A stretch of DNA of 32,000 nt from positions 1,140,001 to 1,172,000 of the forward strand of contig NZ_CP007536.1 of the NCBI RefSeq assembly GCF_000698785.1. The letters run 5' to 3'. This stretch comes from Nitrososphaera viennensis EN76 (lineage in GTDB: Archaea > Thermoproteota > Nitrososphaeria > Nitrososphaerales > Nitrososphaeraceae). The notes under the pieces were generated by a model. It worked only from the letters and a program-made list of their open reading frames with translations. It had not been told where the DNA came from and searched no databases. Each line of letters starts with the position of its first letter. Position 1 is the first letter of the stretch. Positions 15,648 to 23,839 of the stretch are shown here, in pieces. The position numbers and the translations under genes are program-made.

Positions 15648-15962
15648 GTGAGTTTCAAGCCCCAGGAAGGCGAAAAGGTCCTGCTCAGGGAGGACTGCGC
15701 CGAGGACAGGCTGAAAAGCGGCGTCCTCATCCTGACGAACAAGCGCATCCTCTTTCAAAAGACCGAGGGGCGCATGGCCACGTTTTCAAAGAAGGAGGGC
15801 GAGGTCATCCTGGACATACCGCTCCAGGCCATTTCCGCGTTCAGGGCAGAGGGGTTTCTCGTGAAAAAGTTTGTCGTCGTTGCGGTTGACCAGACCTACA
15901 AGTTTGGCGTGTTTTCAAACAGCAAGTGGGAAAAGGAAATGCGCCAGGCCAAGGGCCTCTAG
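15648..15962 (+). CDS. Small PH/GRAM-like domain protein (104 aa), function unknown
   Basis: The GTG start is the only start compatible with the domain. SGVLILTNKRILFQK...ILDIPLQAISAFRAEG...KFVVVAVDQTYKFGVFS...WEKEMRQA fits the strand pattern and C-terminal helix of bacterial/archaeal PH-like (GRAM/bPH) domains. The composition is protein-like, and no competing long ORF covers 15759-15958. Confidence 0.65.
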   Translation: MSFKPQEGEKVLLREDCAEDRLKSGVLILTNKRILFQKTEGRMATFSKKEGEVILDIPLQAISAFRAEGFLVKKFVVVAVDQTYKFGVFSNSKWEKEMRQAKGL

Positions 15963-16960
15963 CCGCGCCGCCACGCGACGTCGACGGTGTCAAGCCGCCA
16001 CGACTGCGTGACGGACGCGTCCTTTACCGCGACCTTGTTCTTTGTGGCCGCATAATCCTGCAACGCGGTCCACGCTATCTGCGCGCCGTTGTCGCCGGCA
16101 AATGTTATGGGGCACGCAAAAAACCTGCTTTCCTGCCTTGCGCACGCCGACTCTAGCATTGAGGCAAGGCGCCTGTTCGCCGAGACGCCGCCTACTATCA
16201 TCATCTCCCGCTTGCCCGTAAAAGAAAGCGCCCGCTCGACTGCCTCGGCAAGCATTGCAAACGACGTTTCCTGAAGCGAGTAACAGACATCAGACAAACT
16301 TGCCTTTTCTTCTTCTGCCATGCGTATTGCGGCTGTCAGCAGGCCGGAGAAAGACACGTCGTTTCCCTTCACCACGTACGGCAGCTGCGTATAGTTTTTT
16401 TGCGATTCGCCTGCAAGTTGCTCTATCTTGCCGCCGCAGGGCGATGCAAAGCCCATCGCCCTGCCAAACTGGTCCAGCAGCTGGCCGATGGTGATGTCAA
16501 GCGTCTCTCCAAAGACGCGCCAGCGGCCGTGCGAAAATGCAAGTATCATGGTGTGGCCGCCTGACACCAGGAGCGCAAGAGGGTCTTGCGCCCCAGTCAG
16601 CATGGCGCCAAGCTCAATGTGCCCCAGAGCATGGTTCACCGGCACGAGCGGCTTTTTGTAAAACCCTGCAAGGGTCCTTGCCACCACCGCGCCGACTCGC
16701 AGGCACGGGCCGAGGCCGGGCCCGGCAGAGTAGCCGATAATGTCAATGTCTTTCATGGCCGCGCCGGCGCCCTCAAGGGCCTGCCTCAGCACTTCTGACG
16801 ACACTTCGATGTGGTGCCTTGACGCCTCCCGCGGGTGGATGCCCTTTCCCTCCGGCGCCCTGTACGCGTCGCGGGAGTCTGACAGGATTTTCTTGCCGTC
16901 CCTGTCCACGACTGCGCAACCAAACGTGTGCGCCGTGCTTTCAATCCCGAGGCACAACAT
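15959..16960 (-). CDS. kae1: tRNA N6-adenosine threonylcarbamoyltransferase Kae1 (KEOPS catalytic subunit)
   Basis: MLCLGIESTAHTFG, VNHALGHIE (metal-binding His pair), SGGHT, and IVGGVSAN...DNGAQIAW. Confidence 0.95.
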   Translation of the reverse strand: MLCLGIESTAHTFGCAVVDRDGKKILSDSRDAYRAPEGKGIHPREASRHHIEVSSEVLRQALEGAGAAMKDIDIIGYSAGPGLGPCLRVGAVVARTLAGFYKKPLVPVNHALGHIELGAMLTGAQDPLALLVSGGHTMILAFSHGRWRVFGETLDITIGQLLDQFGRAMGFASPCGGKIEQLAGESQKNYTQLPYVVKGNDVSFSGLLTAAIRMAEEEKASLSDVCYSLQETSFAMLAEAVERALSFTGKREMMIVGGVSANRRLASMLESACARQESRFFACPITFAGDNGAQIAWTALQDYAATKNKVAVKDASVTQSWRLDTVDVAWRRG

Positions 16961-16972
16961 ATGTTTCTGCCA

Positions 16973-18175
16973 TTATCCCCTGCTTGACGCAGACACTATC
17001 TTTATCACGTCGCCGCTCTTTAGTTGATGATCGGCGCCAATGCGCTGCTTTGTCCTTGCATCTATCGCATAGAGAAAGCCCTTTGCAAGGTCGGCGTGCA
17101 CGGTGCCGGCAAGGTCCTTTGCAGTCGAGCCCGCCGGCAGCAATCGGACATCAGGAAGCACGTTTCCCTTTTTGTCTGCCAGCTTGAACTCGTCTTCCAC
17201 AGGGTACACAGCGACAAGGTGCAGGAGGTTGAAGCAGGCGATGTTTATTGCCTCCTGAACGCCTGTCGAGCCGTACTTCTCAATGAGTGCCTTGACAATG
17301 TCAAGCGCCTTTTTCTGCTGCTCGTTGAGCGCGACGCCCTGCTTGACGTCAAACGAGCCGTCCCCGGGCAGGTAGTGGAGCACGCCCTTTTTTGACGCCT
17401 TTTTGAGCATCGCCTCGGCCTCTGACGCGCACGGGACGACGGCAAGGCCGGCTTTCTTCATCCTGTCGATGTTTGCTTCTGCAGTCGGCAGGTCGGCCTT
17501 GTTTGCCGCCACGAGGAATGGCTTGGCCTTTGCCCGGAGCACCTTGCAAAAGTGCAGTATGTCAGCCTCGCTCCACAGAGTCGGCTTTTTTGACGCAAGG
17601 CCGGACTCGTGTACCGCCGCAGATATCTTGTGCTCCGGTATCGCAAGGCCGGAGAGCCTCTTGGCAAGCATCTGCTCCAGTTTCTGGCCCTGGTTTTCCG
17701 CCTCCCTTGCAGTCTTGCTCCAGTCCCGGGAGATGATGCCGGCCATCCACAGGTCAAACTCTTCCTCCACAAAATTGACGTCAAACATCGGGTCGCCTGT
17801 CCCGGCAGGGACTGTTTTGCCGGCGCTGTCAGTCGAGCCCGACGCGTCCACGACGTGTATCAGTGCGTCGGCCTGCCTGGCGTCGTCAAGGAACCTGTTG
17901 CCAAGGCCCTTGCCGGCGTGCGCGCCCGGCACGAGGCCGGCGACGTCTATCAGTTTTACAGGGATGAAGCGGTTGCCGTCAATGCACATCGAGTGGACGG
18001 GGTTGTCCTGCACGCCAAATTCGCGGCAGACGCACTTTACCCGCGCATAGGCGACTCCCACGTTTGGCTCGATGGTGGTAAACGGGTAGTTTGCCGCAGG
18101 CACGGCAAGCTCTGTGGCGGCGTTAAAGAACGTGGACTTGCCCACGTTTGCCTTGCCGATGAGCCCTATTATCAT
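16973..18175 (-). CDS. ychF: YchF/Ola1-family OBG-like P-loop NTPase with a C-terminal TGS-like domain
   Basis: GLIGKANVGKSTFFNAAT...ANYPFTTIEPNVGV (G1 through switch I), DVAGLV (G3), and NKAD (G4). The C-terminus ...GDVIKIV is TGS-like. I place the start at ATG 18175 (MIIGLIGKANVGKST); the alternative ATG 18211 would add 12 residues ahead of the P-loop strand. Confidence 0.87.
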   Translation of the reverse strand: MIIGLIGKANVGKSTFFNAATELAVPAANYPFTTIEPNVGVAYARVKCVCREFGVQDNPVHSMCIDGNRFIPVKLIDVAGLVPGAHAGKGLGNRFLDDARQADALIHVVDASGSTDSAGKTVPAGTGDPMFDVNFVEEEFDLWMAGIISRDWSKTAREAENQGQKLEQMLAKRLSGLAIPEHKISAAVHESGLASKKPTLWSEADILHFCKVLRAKAKPFLVAANKADLPTAEANIDRMKKAGLAVVPCASEAEAMLKKASKKGVLHYLPGDGSFDVKQGVALNEQQKKALDIVKALIEKYGSTGVQEAINIACFNLLHLVAVYPVEDEFKLADKKGNVLPDVRLLPAGSTAKDLAGTVHADLAKGFLYAIDARTKQRIGADHQLKSGDVIKIVSASSRG

Positions 18176-18213
18176 ATAAGAAGACAATAGCAAAAAGCTT
18201 CGAACCAGCATTA

Positions 18214-18735
18214 ATGTTTTTCAAGGCCCTGCCTGCAACGAAGACCGTGGACGCAAGGGCGTGGGTCAGGGCGCTTGGGCTGAAAGAGCACCCGGAGGGA
18301 GGCTACTTCAAAGAGACGTACCGCGCAGAGATGGAAATCGACGCGCCGGGGTTTGGCGGGCGCCGGAGCGCAGGAACGGCCATCTACTACCTCCTGAAAA
18401 GCGGCCAGTTTTCCGCATTCCACAGGATCAAGTCGGACGAGGTATGGCACTTTTACGCAGGAAGCCCGCTTGCAGTCCATGTTATTGACAGAGAAGGCGG
18501 CAAATACCACAAGATGATAATAGGCAGAAGCAGCAAGAGGCCGGCCTTGCAGGCCGTCGTAAAGGCAGGGTGCTGGTTTGCCGCCTCTGTCGACAGGGCG
18601 CGCTCGTACTCGCTTGCAGGGTGCACGGTTGCGCCGGGATTTGATTTTCGAGATTGGGAAGTCGGCAGGCGCGGCGAGCTGCTTGCGCTGTACCCGGAGC
18701 ACAGACAGGTAATAGAAAAGTTCACAAGACAATAA
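18214..18735 (+). CDS. Cupin-fold protein, DUF985 family
   Basis: LGLKEHPEGGYFKETYR...SAIYYLL...FHRIKSDEVWHFYAGSPL...VVKAGCWFAA...LAGCTVAPGFDFRDWE matches my recollection of the DUF985 (cupin_5) signature. Confidence 0.82.
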   Translation: MFFKALPATKTVDARAWVRALGLKEHPEGGYFKETYRAEMEIDAPGFGGRRSAGTAIYYLLKSGQFSAFHRIKSDEVWHFYAGSPLAVHVIDREGGKYHKMIIGRSSKRPALQAVVKAGCWFAASVDRARSYSLAGCTVAPGFDFRDWEVGRRGELLALYPEHRQVIEKFTRQ

Positions 18736-18759
18736 TAATCCCGACAACCAACTGTCGCC

Positions 18760-19467
18760 GTGCCAGAGCAGGCGGCGGCAGTTTGCATAGTCAGCGGAGG
18801 GCTGGACTCGGTATGCTATGCCGCCACGCTTGCCAGGGATTATTACGACATTTACATGATAACGTTTGCGTACGGCCAGCGGGCCAGAAGAGAGATAGAC
18901 GCGGCCCGGCATTTTGCCAGGGCCCTAAAGGCAAAGGAGCACAGGATAATCGACATCTCTTTCATGAAAGAGCTGTACGGCAGGAGCAACGCGCTCACCG
19001 ACAGCAGGCAAAAGCTGTCCAAGGATTTTGCGCAGAACCTTGTCGTGCCGATACGGAACGCGATATTCATAGCGATTGCAGGCGCGTGGGCGATGAGCAT
19101 CAACGCAAGGGTAGTGGCGTACGGCGCCCATTCCGGCGACGTGCCGCACTATGCCGACTGCAGGCCCGAGTTTGCCAGGGCGATGGCAGAGGCACTGAAC
19201 ATCGCCGACATTGACAGCGTCAGGTCCGGCCAGAGGCAGGAAATAGAGATAATGTCGCCTGCGGCGCAGGGCCTGAGCAAGTCGGAGCTCCTAAAGGCGG
19301 GCCATGCCGCGCTTGGCGAGAGCCTGTTCAGGACGTGGAGCTGCTACTCTAACGGCGTGAAAAGGGCAGGCAGATACGTCCACTGCGGCGCGTGCGAATC
19401 GTGTATAAGTAGGAAAAAGGCATTCACTGACGCCCAGATACATGACAGGACGCGCTATGCAGCGTGA
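18760..19467 (+). CDS. queC: 7-cyano-7-deazaguanine (preQ0) synthase QueC
   Basis: PP-loop VSGGLDS near the N-terminus and a C-terminal Zn-Cys cluster SCY...HCGACESCISR. GTG start at 18760. Confidence 0.92.
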   Translation: MPEQAAAVCIVSGGLDSVCYAATLARDYYDIYMITFAYGQRARREIDAARHFARALKAKEHRIIDISFMKELYGRSNALTDSRQKLSKDFAQNLVVPIRNAIFIAIAGAWAMSINARVVAYGAHSGDVPHYADCRPEFARAMAEALNIADIDSVRSGQRQEIEIMSPAAQGLSKSELLKAGHAALGESLFRTWSCYSNGVKRAGRYVHCGACESCISRKKAFTDAQIHDRTRYAA

Positions 19468-20209
19468 ACAGCAACGGGGGCGGAGGACCGCCGGGACGGT
19501 GAGGCTGAGCGAGATCTTTACAAGCATCGAAGGGGAAGGTGTTTTCTTTGGGACCAAGACGATGTTTGTCAGGCTCGCAGGCTGCCCGCTGAAATGCCAC
19601 TGGTGCGACACGCCGTACGCCATACCGATGGATTCTGGCTACGCCCACACCATCGACGAGGTAAAGGAGATGATTTCCTGCGAGCTGCAGGAAAACACCT
19701 ACAAGGTGAATTTCACGGGCGGCGAGCCCCTGGCGCAGCACGAGGCGGTGATAGAGCTGGCCAAGTTTGTGAGAAAAAAGGGCGTCAAGACGTACCTCGA
19801 GTCAGCCTGCTACGACTCGGCGCGCTTTGCCAAAGTCCTGCCCTACATCGACATTTGCAAGATCGAGTTCAAGATGAAAGACGCAAGGGCCGTCGTTGAT
19901 GACAAATACTACAACAATTTGCTGAAAAACGAGCTTGAATGCCTGAAAATAGCGACAGAAGCAGGCAAGATGCCCTACATCAAGGTGGTCGTGACCAATT
20001 CAACCGACGTTGACGAATTCTCTGCCCTCGTCAAGGAGGTTTTCAGAGTCGCCAGTCCTAAAAACATAGCAGGATTTATAATACAGCCGAGTCATAAAAC
20101 AGACGAGCCCGTATTGGAGAGGCTTTTTGCGTTTTATGACGCAGTCTACCCATTCTACGATCAGGTCAGGGTTGTACCGCAACTTCACAAGATAATAGGA
20201 GCGCGCTAG
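19442..20209 (+). CDS. queE: 7-carboxy-7-deazaguanine synthase QueE (radical SAM)
   Basis: EIFTSIEGEGVFFGTKTMFVRLAGCPLKCHWCDTPYA (CX3CX2C) and the NFTGGEPL motif. The start is ATG 19442 or ATG 19457; both overlap the queC 3' end. Confidence 0.9.
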   Translation: MTGRAMQREQQRGRRTAGTVRLSEIFTSIEGEGVFFGTKTMFVRLAGCPLKCHWCDTPYAIPMDSGYAHTIDEVKEMISCELQENTYKVNFTGGEPLAQHEAVIELAKFVRKKGVKTYLESACYDSARFAKVLPYIDICKIEFKMKDARAVVDDKYYNNLLKNELECLKIATEAGKMPYIKVVVTNSTDVDEFSALVKEVFRVASPKNIAGFIIQPSHKTDEPVLERLFAFYDAVYPFYDQVRVVPQLHKIIGAR

Positions 20210-20218
20210 GACAGCATA

Positions 20219-20785
20219 ATGAAGGATAACGGAAAACTAAACAAGAAAAAGATATCAAAGCTACTCAGGCAGCTCCTCATAGAGCTTGGCGAGAACCCGG
20301 ACCGCGAGGGCCTGATGGGAACCCCGGACCGCATGGCCAACATGTACGAAGAGATACTCGGGGGATATACCATGGACGCCGAGCTTGACGTGACGTTCAG
20401 CGACGAGACAGACGTCATCGTGGCAAGGGACATCCAGTTCTACAGCATGTGCGAGCACCACATGCTCCCGTTCTTTGGCAAGGTGCACGTGGCATACGTG
20501 CCGGCGGGCAAGGTGTTTGGCGTCTCTAAACTAGTGCGGCTGGTCGAGAAATACTCACGCCGGCTGCAGATACAGGAGCGCCTCACAAAGGAGGTCGCCG
20601 ACGAGCTGGTGCGCATGGGCGTGAAAGGCGCGATGGTGATAGCTGAGGGCGACCATCTGTGCATGAAGATGCGCGGGGTGCGCAACAACAGCTCCATGCT
20701 CACGATAGCATACCGCGGAGTAATGGAGCAGAAAGACCTGCGCGAGCACGTGCTTGCGATGATAAGGGCTCCAAAGGCGTTCTAA
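20219..20785 (+). CDS. folE: GTP cyclohydrolase I (FolE, type IA)
   Basis: GTPDRMANMYEE, SMCEHHMLPFFGKVHVAY, and GDHLCMKMRGV. Confidence 0.93.
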   Translation: MKDNGKLNKKKISKLLRQLLIELGENPDREGLMGTPDRMANMYEEILGGYTMDAELDVTFSDETDVIVARDIQFYSMCEHHMLPFFGKVHVAYVPAGKVFGVSKLVRLVEKYSRRLQIQERLTKEVADELVRMGVKGAMVIAEGDHLCMKMRGVRNNSSMLTIAYRGVMEQKDLREHVLAMIRAPKAF

Positions 20786-20790
20786 CGTTG

Positions 20791-21294
20791 TCAGGGATTT
20801 GTTGTTGACAGGTCAAAGAACGCCAAATCCCGATCGTTCCCAATCACTTGGCCGTTTTTGGCATCTATCAGGTAATAATAACCCCTGTAGCCGTCGTTAT
20901 TGGATATCGTAACCTCTACGTGCCAGAAATACTGGTTCCAATAGGCCTGTAAAAACCGATGCTCGTTGCTGTAAAGCCACATGTCTGCAAACGGACTTTT
21001 TTCATCATCCGCTATGAAGGCCAGCCCATTAGCTGTTACATGGATGAGCTTTGTAGTCGCTTCTTTGTCAGGAAAGAGATTTGCGTCCCTGTTAGGTTCC
21101 CTATCGACCTGATTGAGGGCGATCTTGATTGCACCATCCTTTGATATTGCGTAGGGTTTCGAGCTGGTAGCAGACTGCTGGTAGAGAAGTGCTGTGGCAG
21201 CAAATATTCCAAAGGCAAAAAGAGCAACGATAAGCACCCTGATTGGCGTCTTGTTTTTCCCAAGATCTTGCGAGCCATTTGTCGCAGAGGGCAA
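20791..21294 (-). CDS. N-terminally membrane-anchored protein with a PepSY-like extracytoplasmic domain
   Basis: TM helix VLIVALFAFGIFAATALLY, then ISKDGAIKIALNQV...YYYLIDAKNGQVIGN (PepSY-like pattern). The start codon is TTG (21294). The start position and the family call are both uncertain. Confidence 0.55.
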   Translation of the reverse strand: MPSATNGSQDLGKNKTPIRVLIVALFAFGIFAATALLYQQSATSSKPYAISKDGAIKIALNQVDREPNRDANLFPDKEATTKLIHVTANGLAFIADDEKSPFADMWLYSNEHRFLQAYWNQYFWHVEVTISNNDGYRGYYYLIDAKNGQVIGNDRDLAFFDLSTTNP

Positions 21295-21418
21295 TTTTGC
21301 ATTATTTACTGCTGCTAGACGACCTTAAGTAGTTTCATCCAAATGACGAATCCGCCAAGAAATGGGTGGTGTCAATAGTTAAATAAGTAAAGCAGCGGAA
21401 TACCGCTCGTCATCACAT

Positions 21419-22549
21419 ATGAGCGGCAAGGACGAGTCGATCTTCTCAAAAGAGGCCCTTATGGGCACGCAGGCTGGCAAGGACATCATGAAGCAGGGCT
21501 TGCTGCGGAGCAAGGGCTACAAGCAGTTCAACCAGTATAAGGAAAAGACCGAGCAGGAGTTTGGCGCCTTTGCCAAGAGGTTCATAATGTCGCTCCACGC
21601 CGCGATAAACGCCGACAGCAACCCTGCGTCAACCATGCAGAAATTTGCTGACGAAGTCGGCGCTTCTGAACTGGTTCCAGAGGCGGGCAGCATCCCAGAC
21701 ATCAAGGCAAGGCTGTCAAGTCCCGATGTTTTGCAGGACAGGGTTGCAAGGATATTAAATTCAAATTTCGTCAAGATGACGTTCCCGGTCTTTAACGCGC
21801 TGTACGACGGCGCCTCCGAATACTTTGGCGACTCGCCGTCGCAGGAAAAACGCGACGCCGTCATAGACGGCCACATCATCGCAATCGACCTGTCAGAGCC
21901 GATGGACAGGATCGTTGACAGGGACGAGGACCTGGAATACCTTGAGGACTACAAGTTCATGAACCCGTACATCCTCGGGATCGCAAGGAACAAGATATCG
22001 CAGGGAGGCGACGCGGTGCTCAAGGCCTTTGAGGAAGGGTTCAAGGACGCAAGGATAGGCCAGTACATTGACGTGAAACTAAAGATGAAGCCGGCGTCCA
22101 TAAACGACGAGAACATGAACGACTGCTACAAGAAATACCGCGCAGTCATGGGCACCGCCGGCAGGAACATGGCCCTAAACCGCCGGCCGCTGGGCGACAT
22201 CTTTCACCTCGGCATGGCCAAGGCAGGAGAAGGCGTCGGGTGCGGAAACGAGATCGAAGACGCCATCAAGAACGGCGCAGTCAAGGTCCCGTCGTGGCCG
22301 CTCTATTACGCGCTGAACACAGGCGACGTCAGGCGAGGGTTTGAGCTTACCATGCAAAAGAGCGAGCTGTACCTGGAGGAGGCAGAGATGGCAGTCAAGA
22401 TGCTGCCAGGGAATTTCCAGCTAAAGCCGTTCCTCGAATTCCTGTTTTTGACCGTGCGCCACTACAACCAGTACTGGTACAACGAGCTGGTAAAGCGCGC
22501 GCCGTTTGCAGATTTCCAGAAAAAGATGGAAGCCGCGGTGGCGAAGTAA
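21419..22549 (+). CDS. Hypothetical protein (376 aa, soluble, acidic, probably largely helical); no family recognised
   Basis: A long ORF with protein-like composition and an ATG start. It ends 6 nt before the rfcL ORF. I recognise no catalytic or nucleotide-binding motif. Confidence 0.7.
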   Translation: MSGKDESIFSKEALMGTQAGKDIMKQGLLRSKGYKQFNQYKEKTEQEFGAFAKRFIMSLHAAINADSNPASTMQKFADEVGASELVPEAGSIPDIKARLSSPDVLQDRVARILNSNFVKMTFPVFNALYDGASEYFGDSPSQEKRDAVIDGHIIAIDLSEPMDRIVDRDEDLEYLEDYKFMNPYILGIARNKISQGGDAVLKAFEEGFKDARIGQYIDVKLKMKPASINDENMNDCYKKYRAVMGTAGRNMALNRRPLGDIFHLGMAKAGEGVGCGNEIEDAIKNGAVKVPSWPLYYALNTGDVRRGFELTMQKSELYLEEAEMAVKMLPGNFQLKPFLEFLFLTVRHYNQYWYNELVKRAPFADFQKKMEAAVAK

Positions 22550-22555
22550 GCAAGG

Positions 22556-23839
22556 ATGCCGCCATCATCATCGTCTCCTTCTCTCATGTGGTCTGAAGTG
22601 CACAGGCCCCAGAGGGTGGAGCAGATGGTTGGAAACGAGGACGCAAGGATAGCGGTGGTCAAGTGGCTTTCAGGATGGGTCAGCGGCACAAAGCCGCTGC
22701 TCCTCGTGGGCCCGCCGGGCGTCGGCAAGACGACAATCGTGCACGCCCTTGCGCGCCAGTTCGACTATGACCTGGTAGAGATGAACGCAAGCGACGTGAG
22801 AAACCGCGACAGCATCGAGGCAAGGATAAAGCCGGTGTTTGCAAACACCGGACTCTTTGGCCGCAAGATATTGCTGTTCCTTGACGAGGTGGACGGCATC
22901 TCGGGCAGGGAGGACTCGGGCGGGCTTGACGCGCTTGTCGACCTGATAAAAGAGCCCACCGTCCCGGTGATAATGGCCGCAAACGAAAAGTCGGCAAAGA
23001 TAAAGGAGCTCGCCAAGGGCTGCAAGGTAGTCGAGTTTGCGCCCGTCCCGCCGAGGCTTCTCCTCATGTTCCTCGACCATGTGCTTGCAAAGGAAAAGGC
23101 CAAGCTTGGCCCTGGCGACAAGGTGTCGATCGTGGTGAACAGCGGAGGAGACATCAGGTCGCTCCTCAACAGCGCCCAGTCGCGCGCGGCCGGATACGCG
23201 ACGGTGTCAAACAGGGACGTGACAGAGATAGACATTGCAGACGCGATAAACGGCTATTTTGCAGCCAAGGACAGGGCGGCTGCAATGCAGGCCCTTGCAA
23301 GGGCGGACGCCTCGTTTCCCGACCCCCGGTACGAGGGCATGTCGCCGGAGACAAGGCGCAAGGACATGGTTGCCACGCTGTTTTCATCCATCGTCTCCTC
23401 CCACGCTGCGGCGGACAAAGAGTCGCTTGCGGAACTGCTCGACGTCCTGTCAAGGGCCGACATGGTGGTGGGCAGGGTCAGCAGGAACCGGCAGTGGAGC
23501 CTCTTGCGCTATGTAAGGGACATGCTTGCCGGCGGCCTGTACGTAAAGTCCAGGGGCAAGGACATCAAGTATAATCAGTATACGATGCCGTGGCCGGTGA
23601 TGGGCCCCATATTTGCAAGGTCGCAGACGATAAGGAAAATCGCGTCCGCAGTAGGGCCGGCCATGAACGTGTCGAGGAGCACTGCCAGCTCGGTCGTGCT
23701 GCCGTACCTGGTTCGCGCCATCATTGACGAAAAGGTGGACGTTTCTGAATTTGCAGTCACGAACTTTGGTGACGAGTCGATAGGCGAGTCGCTCGGGAAG
23801 GAAGTCGAGCGGGCAAAGGGGGCCAGGAAAAAACAATGA
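22556..23839 (+). CDS. rfcL: Replication factor C large subunit (clamp loader)
   Basis: WSEVHRPQRVEQMVGNED, Walker A GPPGVGKTT, and Walker B ILLFLDEVDG. The alternative start ATG 22586 (MWSEVHRP) fits the usual RFC N-terminus better. Confidence 0.9.
   Translation: MPPSSSSPSLMWSEVHRPQRVEQMVGNEDARIAVVKWLSGWVSGTKPLLLVGPPGVGKTTIVHALARQFDYDLVEMNASDVRNRDSIEARIKPVFANTGLFGRKILLFLDEVDGISGREDSGGLDALVDLIKEPTVPVIMAANEKSAKIKELAKGCKVVEFAPVPPRLLLMFLDHVLAKEKAKLGPGDKVSIVVNSGGDIRSLLNSAQSRAAGYATVSNRDVTEIDIADAINGYFAAKDRAAAMQALARADASFPDPRYEGMSPETRRKDMVATLFSSIVSSHAAADKESLAELLDVLSRADMVVGRVSRNRQWSLLRYVRDMLAGGLYVKSRGKDIKYNQYTMPWPVMGPIFARSQTIRKIASAVGPAMNVSRSTASSVVLPYLVRAIIDEKVDVSEFAVTNFGDESIGESLGKEVERAKGARKKQ

Noticed and set aside
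18209-18216. Palindrome CATTAATG in which ATG codons of the divergent ychF-like and DUF985 ORFs would sit 2 nt apart
   Set aside because: Using ATG 18211 for ychF leaves no promoter space and adds 12 hydrophobic residues before the P-loop strand. ATG 18175 is the better start, so the palindrome is probably incidental.
18211-18912. 233-aa minus-strand ORF covering the DUF985 and queC region, and 17403..18050 (+) opposite ychF
   Set aside because: These are antisense shadows of genes with clear family signatures, and their composition is Arg/Pro/Cys-rich.
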